Shown: piece by piece, positions 1-9,066 of the stretch | Numbering within the stretch: the first letter of the stretch is position 1 | How the letters are laid out: each line of letters begins with the position of its first letter | DNA from: Alphaproteobacteria bacterium UBA6187 | GTDB taxonomy: Bacteria > Pseudomonadota > Alphaproteobacteria > Rickettsiales > UBA6187 | Direction of reading: 5' to 3' | NCBI GenBank assembly: GCA_002422795.1 | Contig: DITJ01000091.1 | Location: 1-56,484, forward strand | Length of the DNA stretch: 56,484 bases | The notes under the pieces: generated by a model | The model's input: only the letters and a program-made list of their open reading frames with translations | What the model was told of the DNA's origin: nothing | Databases searched by the model: none | Made by a program: the position numbers and the translations under genes

Positions 1-101
1 AGGTTTAGCAGTTGGGATAATTATGTTATTTTGGTTATAATGTAACCGCTAAATAACATAATTGACTATTAAAATACTGCATAATCCATAGCAAGTGACA
101 C

Positions 102-437
102 TTAATAAACGCTCAGCCCAAGCTGCAACTTTATAGCCCTTTCAATATCGGATATTTCAATATTTGTTAGTGAAGTGATTTTATCTTTAATTCTTAACTT
201 GCTTACAGTGGTAAGCTGGTCAGCCATTGCTTTGGCTTTTTTTGAGCCAATGAAAACCATAGTTTCTGTAGGATAAATTTTCTCAGTATTACTGGTTACA
301 GGCACAACCTGCACGCGGTTAGCATAGCGGTTATTAGCATTATTACTAATAACAACTGCTGGCCTAATTTTAGTTATTTCCCCACCAATTGAAGGATCAA
401 AATTCACCCAGTAAACGTCGCCACGCTTTAATTCCAT
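102..437 (-). CDS. mazF: Type II toxin, MazF/PemK-family endoribonuclease
   Basis: 111-aa ORF. The N-terminus KRGDVYWVNFDPSIGGEITKIRPAVVISN matches the PemK/MazF signature. Its ATG overlaps the stop of the upstream small ORF (TAATG). Confidence 0.85.
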   Translation of the reverse strand: MELKRGDVYWVNFDPSIGGEITKIRPAVVISNNANNRYANRVQVVPVTSNTEKIYPTETMVFIGSKKAKAMADQLTTVSKLRIKDKITSLTNIEISDIERAIKLQLGLSVY

Positions 438-658
438 TAGAAACCATTTATATCATTTAGTAAATTTTCTGACCACTCATCCGCCATTTTCTCACGGTTT
501 TTATCTAATGCCATTTCACGATAAGCAGCTCCTAATTTAGCCTCAATAAGATAAGGTTTCACCAATTCATTAATAAAATGGCTGATTTTTCCTTTGCCGA
601 TAACTTGGTGCAAACCAGCGTAAATATCATCATCAAGGGAAATAGTAATTTTGTGCAT
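437..658 (-). CDS. Type II antitoxin partner of MazF (small RHH/MazE-like DNA-binding protein)
   Basis: 73 aa, directly upstream of mazF with a 1-nt overlap. Short N-terminal beta-strand (KITISLDDDIY), then helices, then an acidic C-terminal tail. Confidence 0.65.
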   Translation of the reverse strand: MHKITISLDDDIYAGLHQVIGKGKISHFINELVKPYLIEAKLGAAYREMALDKNREKMADEWSENLLNDINGF

Positions 659-764
659 AATGAAAACTCCAATGGTCGTACAATCATACCACTATAATAC
701 CTCCGCCCTATATAATCAAGAAAAAATCTGGCAATTCCCAGTAGTTTAATGTATATAACTAACA

Positions 765-787
765 CCTGAAACCTGAAAACTGAAACC
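765..787. repeat. Single-arm heptamer array (cctgaaa cctgaaa actgaaa cc)
   Basis: Three tandem 7-mers immediately before the cimA ATG. No inverted partner was seen nearby. Confidence 0.6.
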
Positions 788-792
788 TTTAT

Positions 793-2385
793 ATGTCCGA
801 ACGAGTATATTTATACGATAGCACGCTCCGCGATGGCGCGCAAACTGAAGGTGTGGATTTTACCGCCGTTGATAAGCAGGATATTGCTAAAAGATTAGAC
901 CAACTAGGTATTGATTATATTGAAGGCGGATGGCCGGGCGCGAACCCTACTGATGATGAATTCTTTGCTCACCTTCCAAAAATGAAAAAAGCGCGTATCA
1001 GCGCCTTTGGCATGACCCGCCGCCCTGGAACTTCCGCAAGTAACGACCCCGGACTTGCCCCGCTACTAAATAGCGGCGTGGGTGTGATTTGCCTTGTGGG
1101 CAAAAGCTGGGATTTCCACGTTAAAAAAGCACTGGAAACTACGCTGGAAGAAAACCTTGCCATGATAAGCGACAGCATAAAATATGTTGTGCAGCAAGAC
1201 CGTGAAGCCGCACTTGATGCTGAGCATTTCTTCGATGGCTATAAAGCTAACCCCCAGTATGCACTAAAATGTGCGAAAGCCGCCTATGAAGCAGGTGCGC
1301 GCTGGGTGGTGCTATGTGATACTAACGGCGGCACACTGCCCCATGAAATTGAAGCAATAGTTGGGGAAGTTACTAAGCATATACCAGGCTCCCACCTTGG
1401 CATACATTGTCATAACGATACCGGCAATGCGGTTGCCAATTCACTCGCGGCAGTGCGCGCTGGCGTACGCCAGGTGCAGGGCACGGTAAATGGCGTGGGT
1501 GAACGCTGCGGCAATGCCAATTTAATAAGTATAATCCCTACCCTTATTTTGAAAATGGGTTTTACAACCGGGATAAAAGAATCGGAACTTCAACACTTAA
1601 CTAAAACCTCGCATTTCCTAGATGAAAAGCTGAATAAGGCTCAAGATAATTTCGCGCCTTATGTCGGCAAATCTGCATTCGCCCATAAAGGCGGCCTGCA
1701 TGTTTCTGCAATCATGAAAAACCCGAAATCCTATGAGCATATAGATCCGGCAACTATCGGCAATGTACGCAACATTCTGGTTTCCAGCCAGGCAGGACGC
1801 GCCAATATATTATCACGCCTTGAATCAGCAGGCTTTAAAACAGAAAATTATAGCAAGCATCTTATCAAAAAACTGGTGGATGAAGTAAAGCAGCGCGAAA
1901 GTGAAGGCTATGCGTTCGAGAATGCCGATGCCAGCTTTGAAGTGCTTGCCCACCGCATACTTGGCGACATTCCCACATATTTCCGCGTGGCTATATTCCG
2001 CGTTATTGATGAACGCCGCTGGGATAACGATGAAAAACTTATCACATTATCAGAAGCCACCGCCACCGTGCTGGTGGGCGGAGAAGAAGTGCTTACCGTT
2101 GCGCGCGGCAATGGCCCTGTAAATGCGCTAGACCAGGCCGTACGCAAAGCTTTGCAGAAAAAATACCCTATGGTAAATGACTTAAAACTGGTGGATTATA
2201 AAGTGCGTATCGTTAATTCCGGCGTTGGCACTGAGGCTATCACCCGCGTACTCATCGAAAGCGAAGATAAAGACGGCTCAAGATGGGTAACAGTTGGAGT
2301 TTCCGCAAATATCATCGATGCATCTTATAATGCCCTGCGCGATAGTATAACTTATAAACTTATTAAGAGTGGGTGTGTAGCCTAA
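793..2385 (+). CDS. cimA: (R)-citramalate synthase / LeuA-family aldolase
   Basis: LYDSTLRDGAQ N-terminal motif, GIHCHND metal site, and a C-terminal LeuA-type regulatory domain. The 530-aa length and EGGWPGANP are typical of the CimA clade. Confidence 0.8.
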   Translation: MSERVYLYDSTLRDGAQTEGVDFTAVDKQDIAKRLDQLGIDYIEGGWPGANPTDDEFFAHLPKMKKARISAFGMTRRPGTSASNDPGLAPLLNSGVGVICLVGKSWDFHVKKALETTLEENLAMISDSIKYVVQQDREAALDAEHFFDGYKANPQYALKCAKAAYEAGARWVVLCDTNGGTLPHEIEAIVGEVTKHIPGSHLGIHCHNDTGNAVANSLAAVRAGVRQVQGTVNGVGERCGNANLISIIPTLILKMGFTTGIKESELQHLTKTSHFLDEKLNKAQDNFAPYVGKSAFAHKGGLHVSAIMKNPKSYEHIDPATIGNVRNILVSSQAGRANILSRLESAGFKTENYSKHLIKKLVDEVKQRESEGYAFENADASFEVLAHRILGDIPTYFRVAIFRVIDERRWDNDEKLITLSEATATVLVGGEEVLTVARGNGPVNALDQAVRKALQKKYPMVNDLKLVDYKVRIVNSGVGTEAITRVLIESEDKDGSRWVTVGVSANIIDASYNALRDSITYKLIKSGCVA

Positions 2386-2395
2386 ACCCTCACCC

Positions 2396-3325
2396 CTAAA
2401 CCAACTTCTCGATTTCAGGAATTGATGTAAATAAATCCGCAACCAAACCATAATCAGCTACTTCAAAAATCGGAGCGTTTTCATCCTTATTAATGGCAAC
2501 GATGATTTTGCTGTCTTTCATGCCTGCTAAATGCTGGATAGCACCGGAAATTCCCACTGCAATATATAATTCAGGCGCAACAATTTTGCCGGTTTGCCCA
2601 ACCTGGTAATCATTGGAAATATAGCCCGCATCAACTGCCGCGCGGGATGCGCCAATTGCGCAATCATTAATTTTAGCAGCCAGCGATTCCAATATTTTGA
2701 AATTATCTTTGCTACCTAAGCCGCGCCCGCCGGAAATTACCACCCTTGCGCTGGAAAGATCAGGCCCTTTTGCAGCCGCCCCTTCATTCCTTACGAAAGA
2801 TACTGAATTAGTTGCACCTTTGCCGCTAATATTTTCCACCGCTGCATTTCCACCAAGTTCTGCTTTTGCAAATTTAGTGGTGCGGATGGTCATGATTTTT
2901 ATTTTATCAAGCGATTGTACCGTGGCTATTGCATTGCCTGCATATATCGGGCGCTTGAAACTATCTGGTGATATAATTTCCATAACATCAGTGATTTGCG
3001 CCACATCTAGGATAGCCGCCACGCGCGGCAGAAAATTCTTACCAAACGTATTTGAAGGGGCAAGAATATACGAATAATTCACCCCTAATTCTATAACCAG
3101 GGAAGCAATATTTTCTGCCAGGAAATGTTCATATGCAGAATCATCAGCACTTAAAACTTTTGTAACGCCGGAGATTTTAGCAGCCTCTTGTGCAGCACCG
3201 CTACAGTCTTTCCCCGCAACCAGAATGTGAATTTCTCCACCGATTTTCTTTGCCGCTTCCACTGTGTTTAATGTGGATGGGCTTATTGCGGTGTGGTTAT
3301 GTTCGGCTATTACTAGTATTGTCAT
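2396..3325 (-). CDS. etfA: Electron transfer flavoprotein alpha subunit
   Basis: 309 aa. C-terminal FAD-binding block [23 protein letters not shown]. Lies downstream of etfB. Confidence 0.95.
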   Translation of the reverse strand: MTILVIAEHNHTAISPSTLNTVEAAKKIGGEIHILVAGKDCSGAAQEAAKISGVTKVLSADDSAYEHFLAENIASLVIELGVNYSYILAPSNTFGKNFLPRVAAILDVAQITDVMEIISPDSFKRPIYAGNAIATVQSLDKIKIMTIRTTKFAKAELGGNAAVENISGKGATNSVSFVRNEGAAAKGPDLSSARVVISGGRGLGSKDNFKILESLAAKINDCAIGASRAAVDAGYISNDYQVGQTGKIVAPELYIAVGISGAIQHLAGMKDSKIIVAINKDENAPIFEVADYGLVADLFTSIPEIEKLV

Positions 3326-3401
3326 CTTTATTCCTTCTTATTTATAACCTGAGTTCTGGATAACATCGCTAAAAACTTATTTGCAAGAAAGAATGTCTGG
3401 C

Positions 3402-3428
3402 GCTCCCTCTCCCTGAGGGAGAGGGAGC
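3402..3428. repeat. Palindromic REP-like element (ccctctccct family)
   Basis: gctccctctccctgagggagagggagc in the etfB-etfA spacer. The same motif occurs at 41033-41060 and 41185-41210. Confidence 0.8.
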
Positions 3429-3484
3429 TTTCTTTCCTAATTCTCACTATAAGATAACAACTTAACCTTTCACTACCAACGCAC

Positions 3485-4231
3485 CTACAAAACCCCAGCT
3501 TCCTTCAACTTCCCTACCAACTCCTCAACGCTTGCAACCTTCGCCCCGCCTTTGCGTTTTGGTGGCTCTTCCACTTTTATGGTTTTAAGCCTTGGGGTTA
3601 TATCAACACCGTAATCTTCTGGCTTTTTGGTAGCAAGGGGCTTGGCGCGCGCTTTCATAATATTCGGCAGTGCCGCATAACGCGGCTCATTCAGACGTAA
3701 ATCGGTAGTTATTATTGCGGGAAGTTTTACATTTATAACTTCGGTGCCGGAATCCACCTCGCGGGAAACCTCGGCGCTATCACCATTTATAGTAACTTTG
3801 GATGCAAATGTTGCTTGCGGCCAGTTAAGGAGCGCAGCCAGCATTTGCCCGGTCTGGTTAAAATCATCATCAATGGATTGCTTACCCATTATCACCAGGC
3901 CAGGATTTTCTTCCACAATAATGGCTTTTAATAATTTGGCAACGGCAAGCGGCTGTAATTCAGCATCTGTAAGCACATGGATTCCGCGGTCTGCGCCCAT
4001 TGCCATGGCAGTGCGGATTACTTCCTGCGCTTTATCAACTCCTAAAGATACCACTACAATTTCTGTAGCTACGCCTTTTTCTTTAAGCCGGATGGCTTCT
4101 TCAACGGCAATTTCGTCAAAAGGGTTCATCGACATTTTAACATTGGCAGTTTCCACGCCGGAATTATCAGATTTTACGCGCACTTTAACGTTGTAATCAA
4201 CCGCGCGCTTTACTGTTACTAGGATTTTCAT
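3485..4231 (-). CDS. etfB: Electron transfer flavoprotein beta subunit
   Basis: 248 aa. [19 protein letters not shown] start and [11 protein letters not shown] motif typical of EtfB. Confidence 0.95.
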   Translation of the reverse strand: MKILVTVKRAVDYNVKVRVKSDNSGVETANVKMSMNPFDEIAVEEAIRLKEKGVATEIVVVSLGVDKAQEVIRTAMAMGADRGIHVLTDAELQPLAVAKLLKAIIVEENPGLVIMGKQSIDDDFNQTGQMLAALLNWPQATFASKVTINGDSAEVSREVDSGTEVINVKLPAIITTDLRLNEPRYAALPNIMKARAKPLATKKPEDYGVDITPRLKTIKVEEPPKRKGGAKVASVEELVGKLKEAGVL

Positions 4232-4244
4232 TTTTAACCTTTTT

Positions 4245-4313
4245 AGAGTTCAGAGTTCGGAGTTCAGAGTTCAGTAATTAAAGAAGTATACTGAACTCTG
4301 AACTCCGAACTCT
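4245..4313. repeat. Heptamer-arm hairpin, gagttca family
   Basis: The arm agagttc agagttc ggagttc agagttc ag pairs with ctgaactctgaactccgaactct across a 16-nt AT-rich loop. Confidence 0.85.
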
Positions 4314-4318
4314 GACCA

Positions 4319-4504
4319 CTATCTTTTCACATAAAAATACATAAACGCAAGCATTATTATCGCCAAAAACTGGAACACAACACGCGCTATCATAAGCTTG
4401 TTGCTATATTTTTTATTTATTTTCCCACCCTTGGCAAGAACGAAGATACCTGCAATAAGGATTAAAATGGTGATAAATATAAGTATCAGTGGGATTGTTT
4501 GCAT
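4319..4504 (-). CDS. Twin-transmembrane-helix small protein (HIG1-domain-like)
   Basis: 61 aa with two hydrophobic helices separated by a basic loop (KGGKINKKYSNKLM). This is the usual alphaproteobacterial small-protein architecture. Confidence 0.6.
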   Translation of the reverse strand: MQTIPLILIFITILILIAGIFVLAKGGKINKKYSNKLMIARVVFQFLAIIMLAFMYFYVKR

Positions 4505-4540
4505 AAATTTTTATAGTTAGGGATTAGGTAACATCTCGTT

Positions 4541-4702
4541 TTGTATAGGTTGCTTAAAGTGCAACGTCATTGCGAGGAGTCGGCCTCTTGGGAGTACGAC
4601 GTGGCAATCCATCGCATCGATGTTGCTAACACTGGATCGCCACTTCGTGCTCGCTTCGCTTCGACTCATCGCGATGACGTTGCACTTTAAGTAACCAATT
4701 AC
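4541..4702. repeat. Multi-hairpin palindromic element, gtcat...atgac family
   Basis: Outer inverted repeat ttgtataggttgcttaaagtgcaacgtcat / atgacgttgcactttaagtaaccaattacaa. Inner pair gacgtggcaatcca / tggatcgccac. It creates a spurious 65-aa ORF. Confidence 0.8.
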
Positions 4703-4824
4703 AAAACTATACATTACACAGTCAATTCTTCAACATGAAGCATAACAAATAATTTTATAAAAACATATTTATAAAATATAGCTTATATTATATTCTGGTA
4801 GGAACCACATAAACAGGTAATGTT

Positions 4825-5904
4825 ATGAAAGGTGAAGTAGTTTATCTATATGCGTTTGATGTAGCCAATGGAATAATAATTGGCAAAGTTGGAGAGGTGC
4901 TTGCAAGCAAGCCGGTTCCCCTTGAAATAAATATCGACCACACCATCCCTAAAGACACCCCATTATACAAACCGTTATCAATTGAGCTTGCTCCCCTTAA
5001 CACTTTAATTACCGGGCATTTAATCCGCCCCATGATTCATGTTTATGAAATAGGCGCTATTTCAATTGCTATGCGTGTATCGGTTGAAATAGAAAATCTG
5101 AATGAGCTCATGCCATTCCACATGCCAACACTTGAAAATGGCAAAAGCTTAAGTGAAGCCGCCAAGGAAATATGTATTGATGCCTGCAAAAGCCTGAAGG
5201 ATGTTATGGTGCAGCCTTCCGATTTTTCTGAGCCGGAAGCCTATACTGTGTTTTGCCTGACTGATATTGGAAATCAGCCTGATTTAGATGAATGGCTGGT
5301 TAATAACCGTACTGCAATTGCAGAATTACTTACAGAAAGTAAGCCGGGCCTGCTGGATGAAATGCAGGTTGATGAAGTTATGCGCATTCAATATGCCTAT
5401 GCAAAGGGTGATTTAACCATTATCGACTGGGATGCGGCTTTCGTAGTAGACCTTACAGGCTATGTGGATGATGTTCTATATGTGCTGGAACTTGCTAATT
5501 TGCAGTTGGAAGAATATCTGGCAATGGACAAAAAACTTGATGGCTACCTGAACAAAGCCTATGAGGATGTGAAATCCCACAATTTACGCTTATTCCGTTC
5601 TTATCCGAAAATACTGAAGACTTTACGCGTTTTAAGTGTTGATGTAATCAAGCTTAATGATGAAGTTACCAATATCACAAAATTCTTCGGAGATTGGTAT
5701 CTGGCAAGGGTTTACTTAGGTGCGCATGAGCGCTTTCACCTGGAACAATGGCGAAATAGCGTAGGTGCGCGCCTTAAGCAACTTGATTCCATTTATACGG
5801 TTGTGCATTCGGAAATTACAAATTTCAGGATGCTATCGATGGAGGCATTAATAGTAATATTCTTTGCCATTGATTTACTTATGCTGTTCTTTCTCAGGCA
5901 TTGA
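4825..5904 (+). CDS. Hypothetical protein with a single C-terminal TM anchor (possibly DUF155/RMD1-like)
   Basis: 359-aa ORF with coding-like composition. The C-terminal EALIVIFFAIDLLMLFF helix after a long soluble domain resembles the RMD1/YagE family layout. The family call rests on weak motif memory only. Confidence 0.55.
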   Translation: MKGEVVYLYAFDVANGIIIGKVGEVLASKPVPLEINIDHTIPKDTPLYKPLSIELAPLNTLITGHLIRPMIHVYEIGAISIAMRVSVEIENLNELMPFHMPTLENGKSLSEAAKEICIDACKSLKDVMVQPSDFSEPEAYTVFCLTDIGNQPDLDEWLVNNRTAIAELLTESKPGLLDEMQVDEVMRIQYAYAKGDLTIIDWDAAFVVDLTGYVDDVLYVLELANLQLEEYLAMDKKLDGYLNKAYEDVKSHNLRLFRSYPKILKTLRVLSVDVIKLNDEVTNITKFFGDWYLARVYLGAHERFHLEQWRNSVGARLKQLDSIYTVVHSEITNFRMLSMEALIVIFFAIDLLMLFFLRH

Positions 5905-5921
5905 TAAAAAAGAAATATGTA

Positions 5922-6084
5922 TATACTCATTCTGTCTCAAACTACCGATTATAATGCCTCGTCTTTATTTGTTATATAAAAAAATTAAATCTTTGAAATA
6001 GAGCCGCTATTACTTCAGATTTAACTTTTCCCTATAACAAAAAATACTTGATTCTAATAGGCAGTTTGAAACAGAATGAGTATA
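5922..6084. mobile_element. MITE-like element, full-length copy (tatactcattct termini)
   Basis: 163 bp with terminal inverted repeats tatactcattctgtctcaaactaccgatt / ggcagtttgaaacagaatgagtata. It is near-identical to the reverse complement of 36283-36445. Confidence 0.85.
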
Positions 6085-6129
6085 GTTTTAATTGCACTTC
6101 AGAAGCCTATATGTATATTATAGCTTTGA

Positions 6130-7467
6130 ATGAGCAATGGTGCACGCGTGATATATTTAGAAGTTCTATTTATTTTATTTTTGATTTTTCTTAATGGCAT
6201 ATTTGCCATGTCAGAACTTGCGATTGTCTCCGCGAAGAAAGTGCACTTGAAGAGGTTAGCTGAAGAAGGCAGCAAATCCGCCCGTCTTGCCCTTGATTTT
6301 TCTCAGGACACAGGTCGGTTCCTTCCTACTGTGCAAATAGGAATTACACTTATTGGCGTTCTATCTGGTGCATTTAGCGGTGCAACACTGGCCACTCCAC
6401 TCACGCATTATCTGGAAGCGCTAGGCCTTAATACCGATACGGCGGAATTTATTTCCGTTACCGGCATTGTGGTTGTGGTAACTTATTTTACCCTGATTAT
6501 CGGTGAGCTGGTGCCAAAGGAACTAGCACTTAGAAATCCTGAAGGCCTTGCCCTATTCATATCGCCGATAATTTATTGGCTCTCACGCGTCACTTCGCCT
6601 GTGGTTTCATTGTTGGATGTATCTTGCCGCACAGTGCTTAAAGTTATTGGGGCTGGAGAAAAACCCAAAACAACCGTTACGGAAGAAGAGGTCCGTTCAA
6701 TGATTGATGAGGGAACCGAGCATGGACTTTTTGAAGAGGCTGAACGGGATATGATTTCAGGAATTATGCTTCTTGCGGATAAACCTATCAGCGCATTCAT
6801 GCTGCCGCGCATAGATGTAATTTCTATCAGCCGCAGTGCTTCTTTAGATGAAATAAGGCAGACACTTGCAGAACATCCTTATTCACGTTACCCGGTTTAT
6901 GATGGGCCTCACCGCGATATTGTGGGAATTTTGCAAGCCAAGGATATGCTGAATTATTTACTCAGCGGCAAACAACTAGACACAGAAGCTTTGCTGGTTG
7001 ATGTGCCGACATTCGCTGAAATAACTTCTACCATGAAGGTAATTGAGTATTTGCGAACCGTACCTGTCCACATGGCAATTATTGTAGATGAATATGGCTT
7101 ATTTGTAGGAATTATTACCTTAACCGATTTAGTTGAAGTTATTACAGGTGAATTATATGAGCATGGCGATACCGGCATGGAGATGGTACAGCGTGATGAT
7201 GGCTCTTGGGCTATTGATGCCAGCATTTTGCTGGAGATTGCCTTTGAAGAGATTGGTATTACATCTATGCCAAAGAATGCTAATTACCACACCCTTGCAG
7301 GATTCATGTTACAGAAATTTGGCATTATACCAAAAGTTGGTGATAAATTTCACTATAAAGGCTACCGCTTTGAAGTAATCGATATGGATGGCAATAGGAT
7401 AGATAAAGTATTAATTAGGAAGATTGTAAAATTTAAAAAGTCTGCGCCACTTCCAATAGCTGGGTAA
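6130..7467 (+). CDS. tlyC: Hemolysin-C/CorC-family membrane protein (DUF21 + CBS pair + CorC_HlyC)
   Basis: 445 aa. N-terminal 4-TM DUF21 region, a tandem CBS region (PRIDVISI...IVDEYG), and a C-terminal transporter-associated domain. Confidence 0.9.
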   Translation: MSNGARVIYLEVLFILFLIFLNGIFAMSELAIVSAKKVHLKRLAEEGSKSARLALDFSQDTGRFLPTVQIGITLIGVLSGAFSGATLATPLTHYLEALGLNTDTAEFISVTGIVVVVTYFTLIIGELVPKELALRNPEGLALFISPIIYWLSRVTSPVVSLLDVSCRTVLKVIGAGEKPKTTVTEEEVRSMIDEGTEHGLFEEAERDMISGIMLLADKPISAFMLPRIDVISISRSASLDEIRQTLAEHPYSRYPVYDGPHRDIVGILQAKDMLNYLLSGKQLDTEALLVDVPTFAEITSTMKVIEYLRTVPVHMAIIVDEYGLFVGIITLTDLVEVITGELYEHGDTGMEMVQRDDGSWAIDASILLEIAFEEIGITSMPKNANYHTLAGFMLQKFGIIPKVGDKFHYKGYRFEVIDMDGNRIDKVLIRKIVKFKKSAPLPIAG

Positions 7468-7561
7468 AACCATGGCAAACGCATTTAAAATCAACCACCC
7501 CCATCATAATCACAATCGGTATTAGTTCCAAACTTATGCCACCATTTCTTTAAAAACAGGC

Positions 7562-8941
7562 TCAAAAAAATTCAAACTTCACCGAAAATACAGCCTCTAC
7601 CTTCTTAACCATGCTTGCCTGGCAAAGGATAATAATGCGGTCTTTGGCCTGGATAACGCTATCATCATCCGGCAAAATAACTAAATCACCCCGGAGAATC
7701 AATCCAACTATTATGCCATGCGGAAGATTAAGTTCGCCAATATTTTTGCCGACAATATGCGATAACTCCACCGCTTCCGCCTCAATAATTTCAGCCTTAC
7801 CTTTGCAGATAGAATGCGCAGAAAGTATCCTGCCGCTCCTGATATGCTGTAAAATGCCAGATACGGTAATTTCGCGTGGGTTTACCGCAACATCAATACC
7901 AAGGGAAGAAACCAGCGGTGAATATGAGGCGGTATTATTTACCAGCGCAACCACCCTTTGGCAGCCAAAACGCTTGGAAAGAAGCGATACCAGAATATTT
8001 ACTTCATCATCATTGGAAACGGCTATAACTGTTTCTGATACTGCAACATTGGCTTCATCAAGTATTTCCTGAGATAAAGCATCACCATTAATAACAGTGG
8101 TGCGCTCAAGGTTTTCTGCAATATATTCCGCCCTTTCGCGATTTAACTCGATAAGTTTTACTTTAACATCAGGGGCTTCTTTTTCAAGATACTGCGCAAG
8201 GAACAAACCTATATTGCCGCCGCCCACAATTATAATACGCCTTGCCTCGCGCTCCTCATGGCCAAACATAGCCATCGCGTCCTGGACGTTTTTAGTATCA
8301 CAGGCAAAATATAATTCATCATCTTCAAGAAGTTCAACCCCATCACTGATAACCATGAAATTATCACCGCGCATCACGCCAAGAATAGAAACATTTATAG
8401 GGATAACTTTATTCTGTATCCTGTAAAGCAGCATATTAACCATAGGGCAATCCAGCGTGCAGCGCATCCCCACAACTTTAATCCTGCCATCGGCAAACGG
8501 GATTGTATCAACCGCGCCAGGCACATGCAGGCGGTGGATTACAGCCTCGGCTACTGCCTGCTCTGGTGATATGATAAAATCTATCGGTAAATGATCGTGC
8601 CTGTATAATTTCTTCCACTCAGGTTGCAGGTAATTCTGGTTACGGATACGGGCAATTTTGGTGGGGATATTAAACAGGGAGTGCGCAACCTGGCAGGCGA
8701 CCATATTTACTTCATCAGATTTTGTAACCGCGATAATCATATCGGCACTTGCCGCGCCCACCTCTTCCAATACGGTGGGGTGTGATGCAAAGCCTACATA
8801 CACTTTTACATCCAGATTATCACTGATTTTACTGATAAGTTCAGGAGATTGGTCAATAACAGTTACGTCATTACCCTCCATAGAAAGATACTTTGCTATA
8901 GAAGTGCCTACCTGACCTGCGCCGCAAATAATTATTTTCAT
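7562..8941 (-). CDS. trkA: Trk potassium-uptake system NAD-binding protein
   Basis: Two Rossmann motifs (MKIIICGAGQVGT and IIIVGGGNIG). I start it at the MKIIICGAG ATG (8941). The 15 upstream codons of the tracked ORF lie in a heptamer repeat. Confidence 0.9.
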   Translation of the reverse strand: MKIIICGAGQVGTSIAKYLSMEGNDVTVIDQSPELISKISDNLDVKVYVGFASHPTVLEEVGAASADMIIAVTKSDEVNMVACQVAHSLFNIPTKIARIRNQNYLQPEWKKLYRHDHLPIDFIISPEQAVAEAVIHRLHVPGAVDTIPFADGRIKVVGMRCTLDCPMVNMLLYRIQNKVIPINVSILGVMRGDNFMVISDGVELLEDDELYFACDTKNVQDAMAMFGHEEREARRIIIVGGGNIGLFLAQYLEKEAPDVKVKLIELNRERAEYIAENLERTTVINGDALSQEILDEANVAVSETVIAVSNDDEVNILVSLLSKRFGCQRVVALVNNTASYSPLVSSLGIDVAVNPREITVSGILQHIRSGRILSAHSICKGKAEIIEAEAVELSHIVGKNIGELNLPHGIIVGLILRGDLVILPDDDSVIQAKDRIIILCQASMVKKVEAVFSVKFEFF

Positions 8942-8956
8942 TTTTCTTAAGTGACA

Positions 8957-9066
8957 GGTAATGGGTGATGGGTGATGGGAATCCATCGCCTTACCCTACC
9001 TTCTTATCACACAACCTCTTAATATATACAACCCTAAAACCCATTACCTAACACCCATCACCCACC
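8957..9066. repeat. Heptamer-arm hairpin, gggtgat family
   Basis: ggtaatg ggtgatg ggtgatg gg pairs with cccattacctaacacccatcacccacc across a ~60-nt loop. Lies between the ntrX stop and the trkA start. Confidence 0.75.

Noticed and set aside
559-765. 68-aa ORF overlapping the antitoxin gene and its upstream region
   Set aside because: It overlaps the better-supported antitoxin ORF in another frame and has no ribosome-binding site or motif.
4245-4274. Heptamer arms as clustered LexA (GTTC-N7-GTTC) or CtrA (TTAA-N7-TTAA) boxes
   Set aside because: The 7-nt period places GTTC or TTAA cores at N3 or N10 spacing, not N7, so they do not fit either consensus.
4245-4313. Whether the heptamer arrays could be CRISPR arrays or a CRISPR-like structure
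   Set aside because: The repeat unit is only 7 nt, there are no spacers, the arrays are inverted pairs, and no cas genes are present.
4517-4714. 65-aa ORF between the HIG1-like gene and the ORF at 4825
   Set aside because: It lies wholly inside the gtcat...atgac palindromic element (4541-4702). The open frame is a by-product of the repeat.
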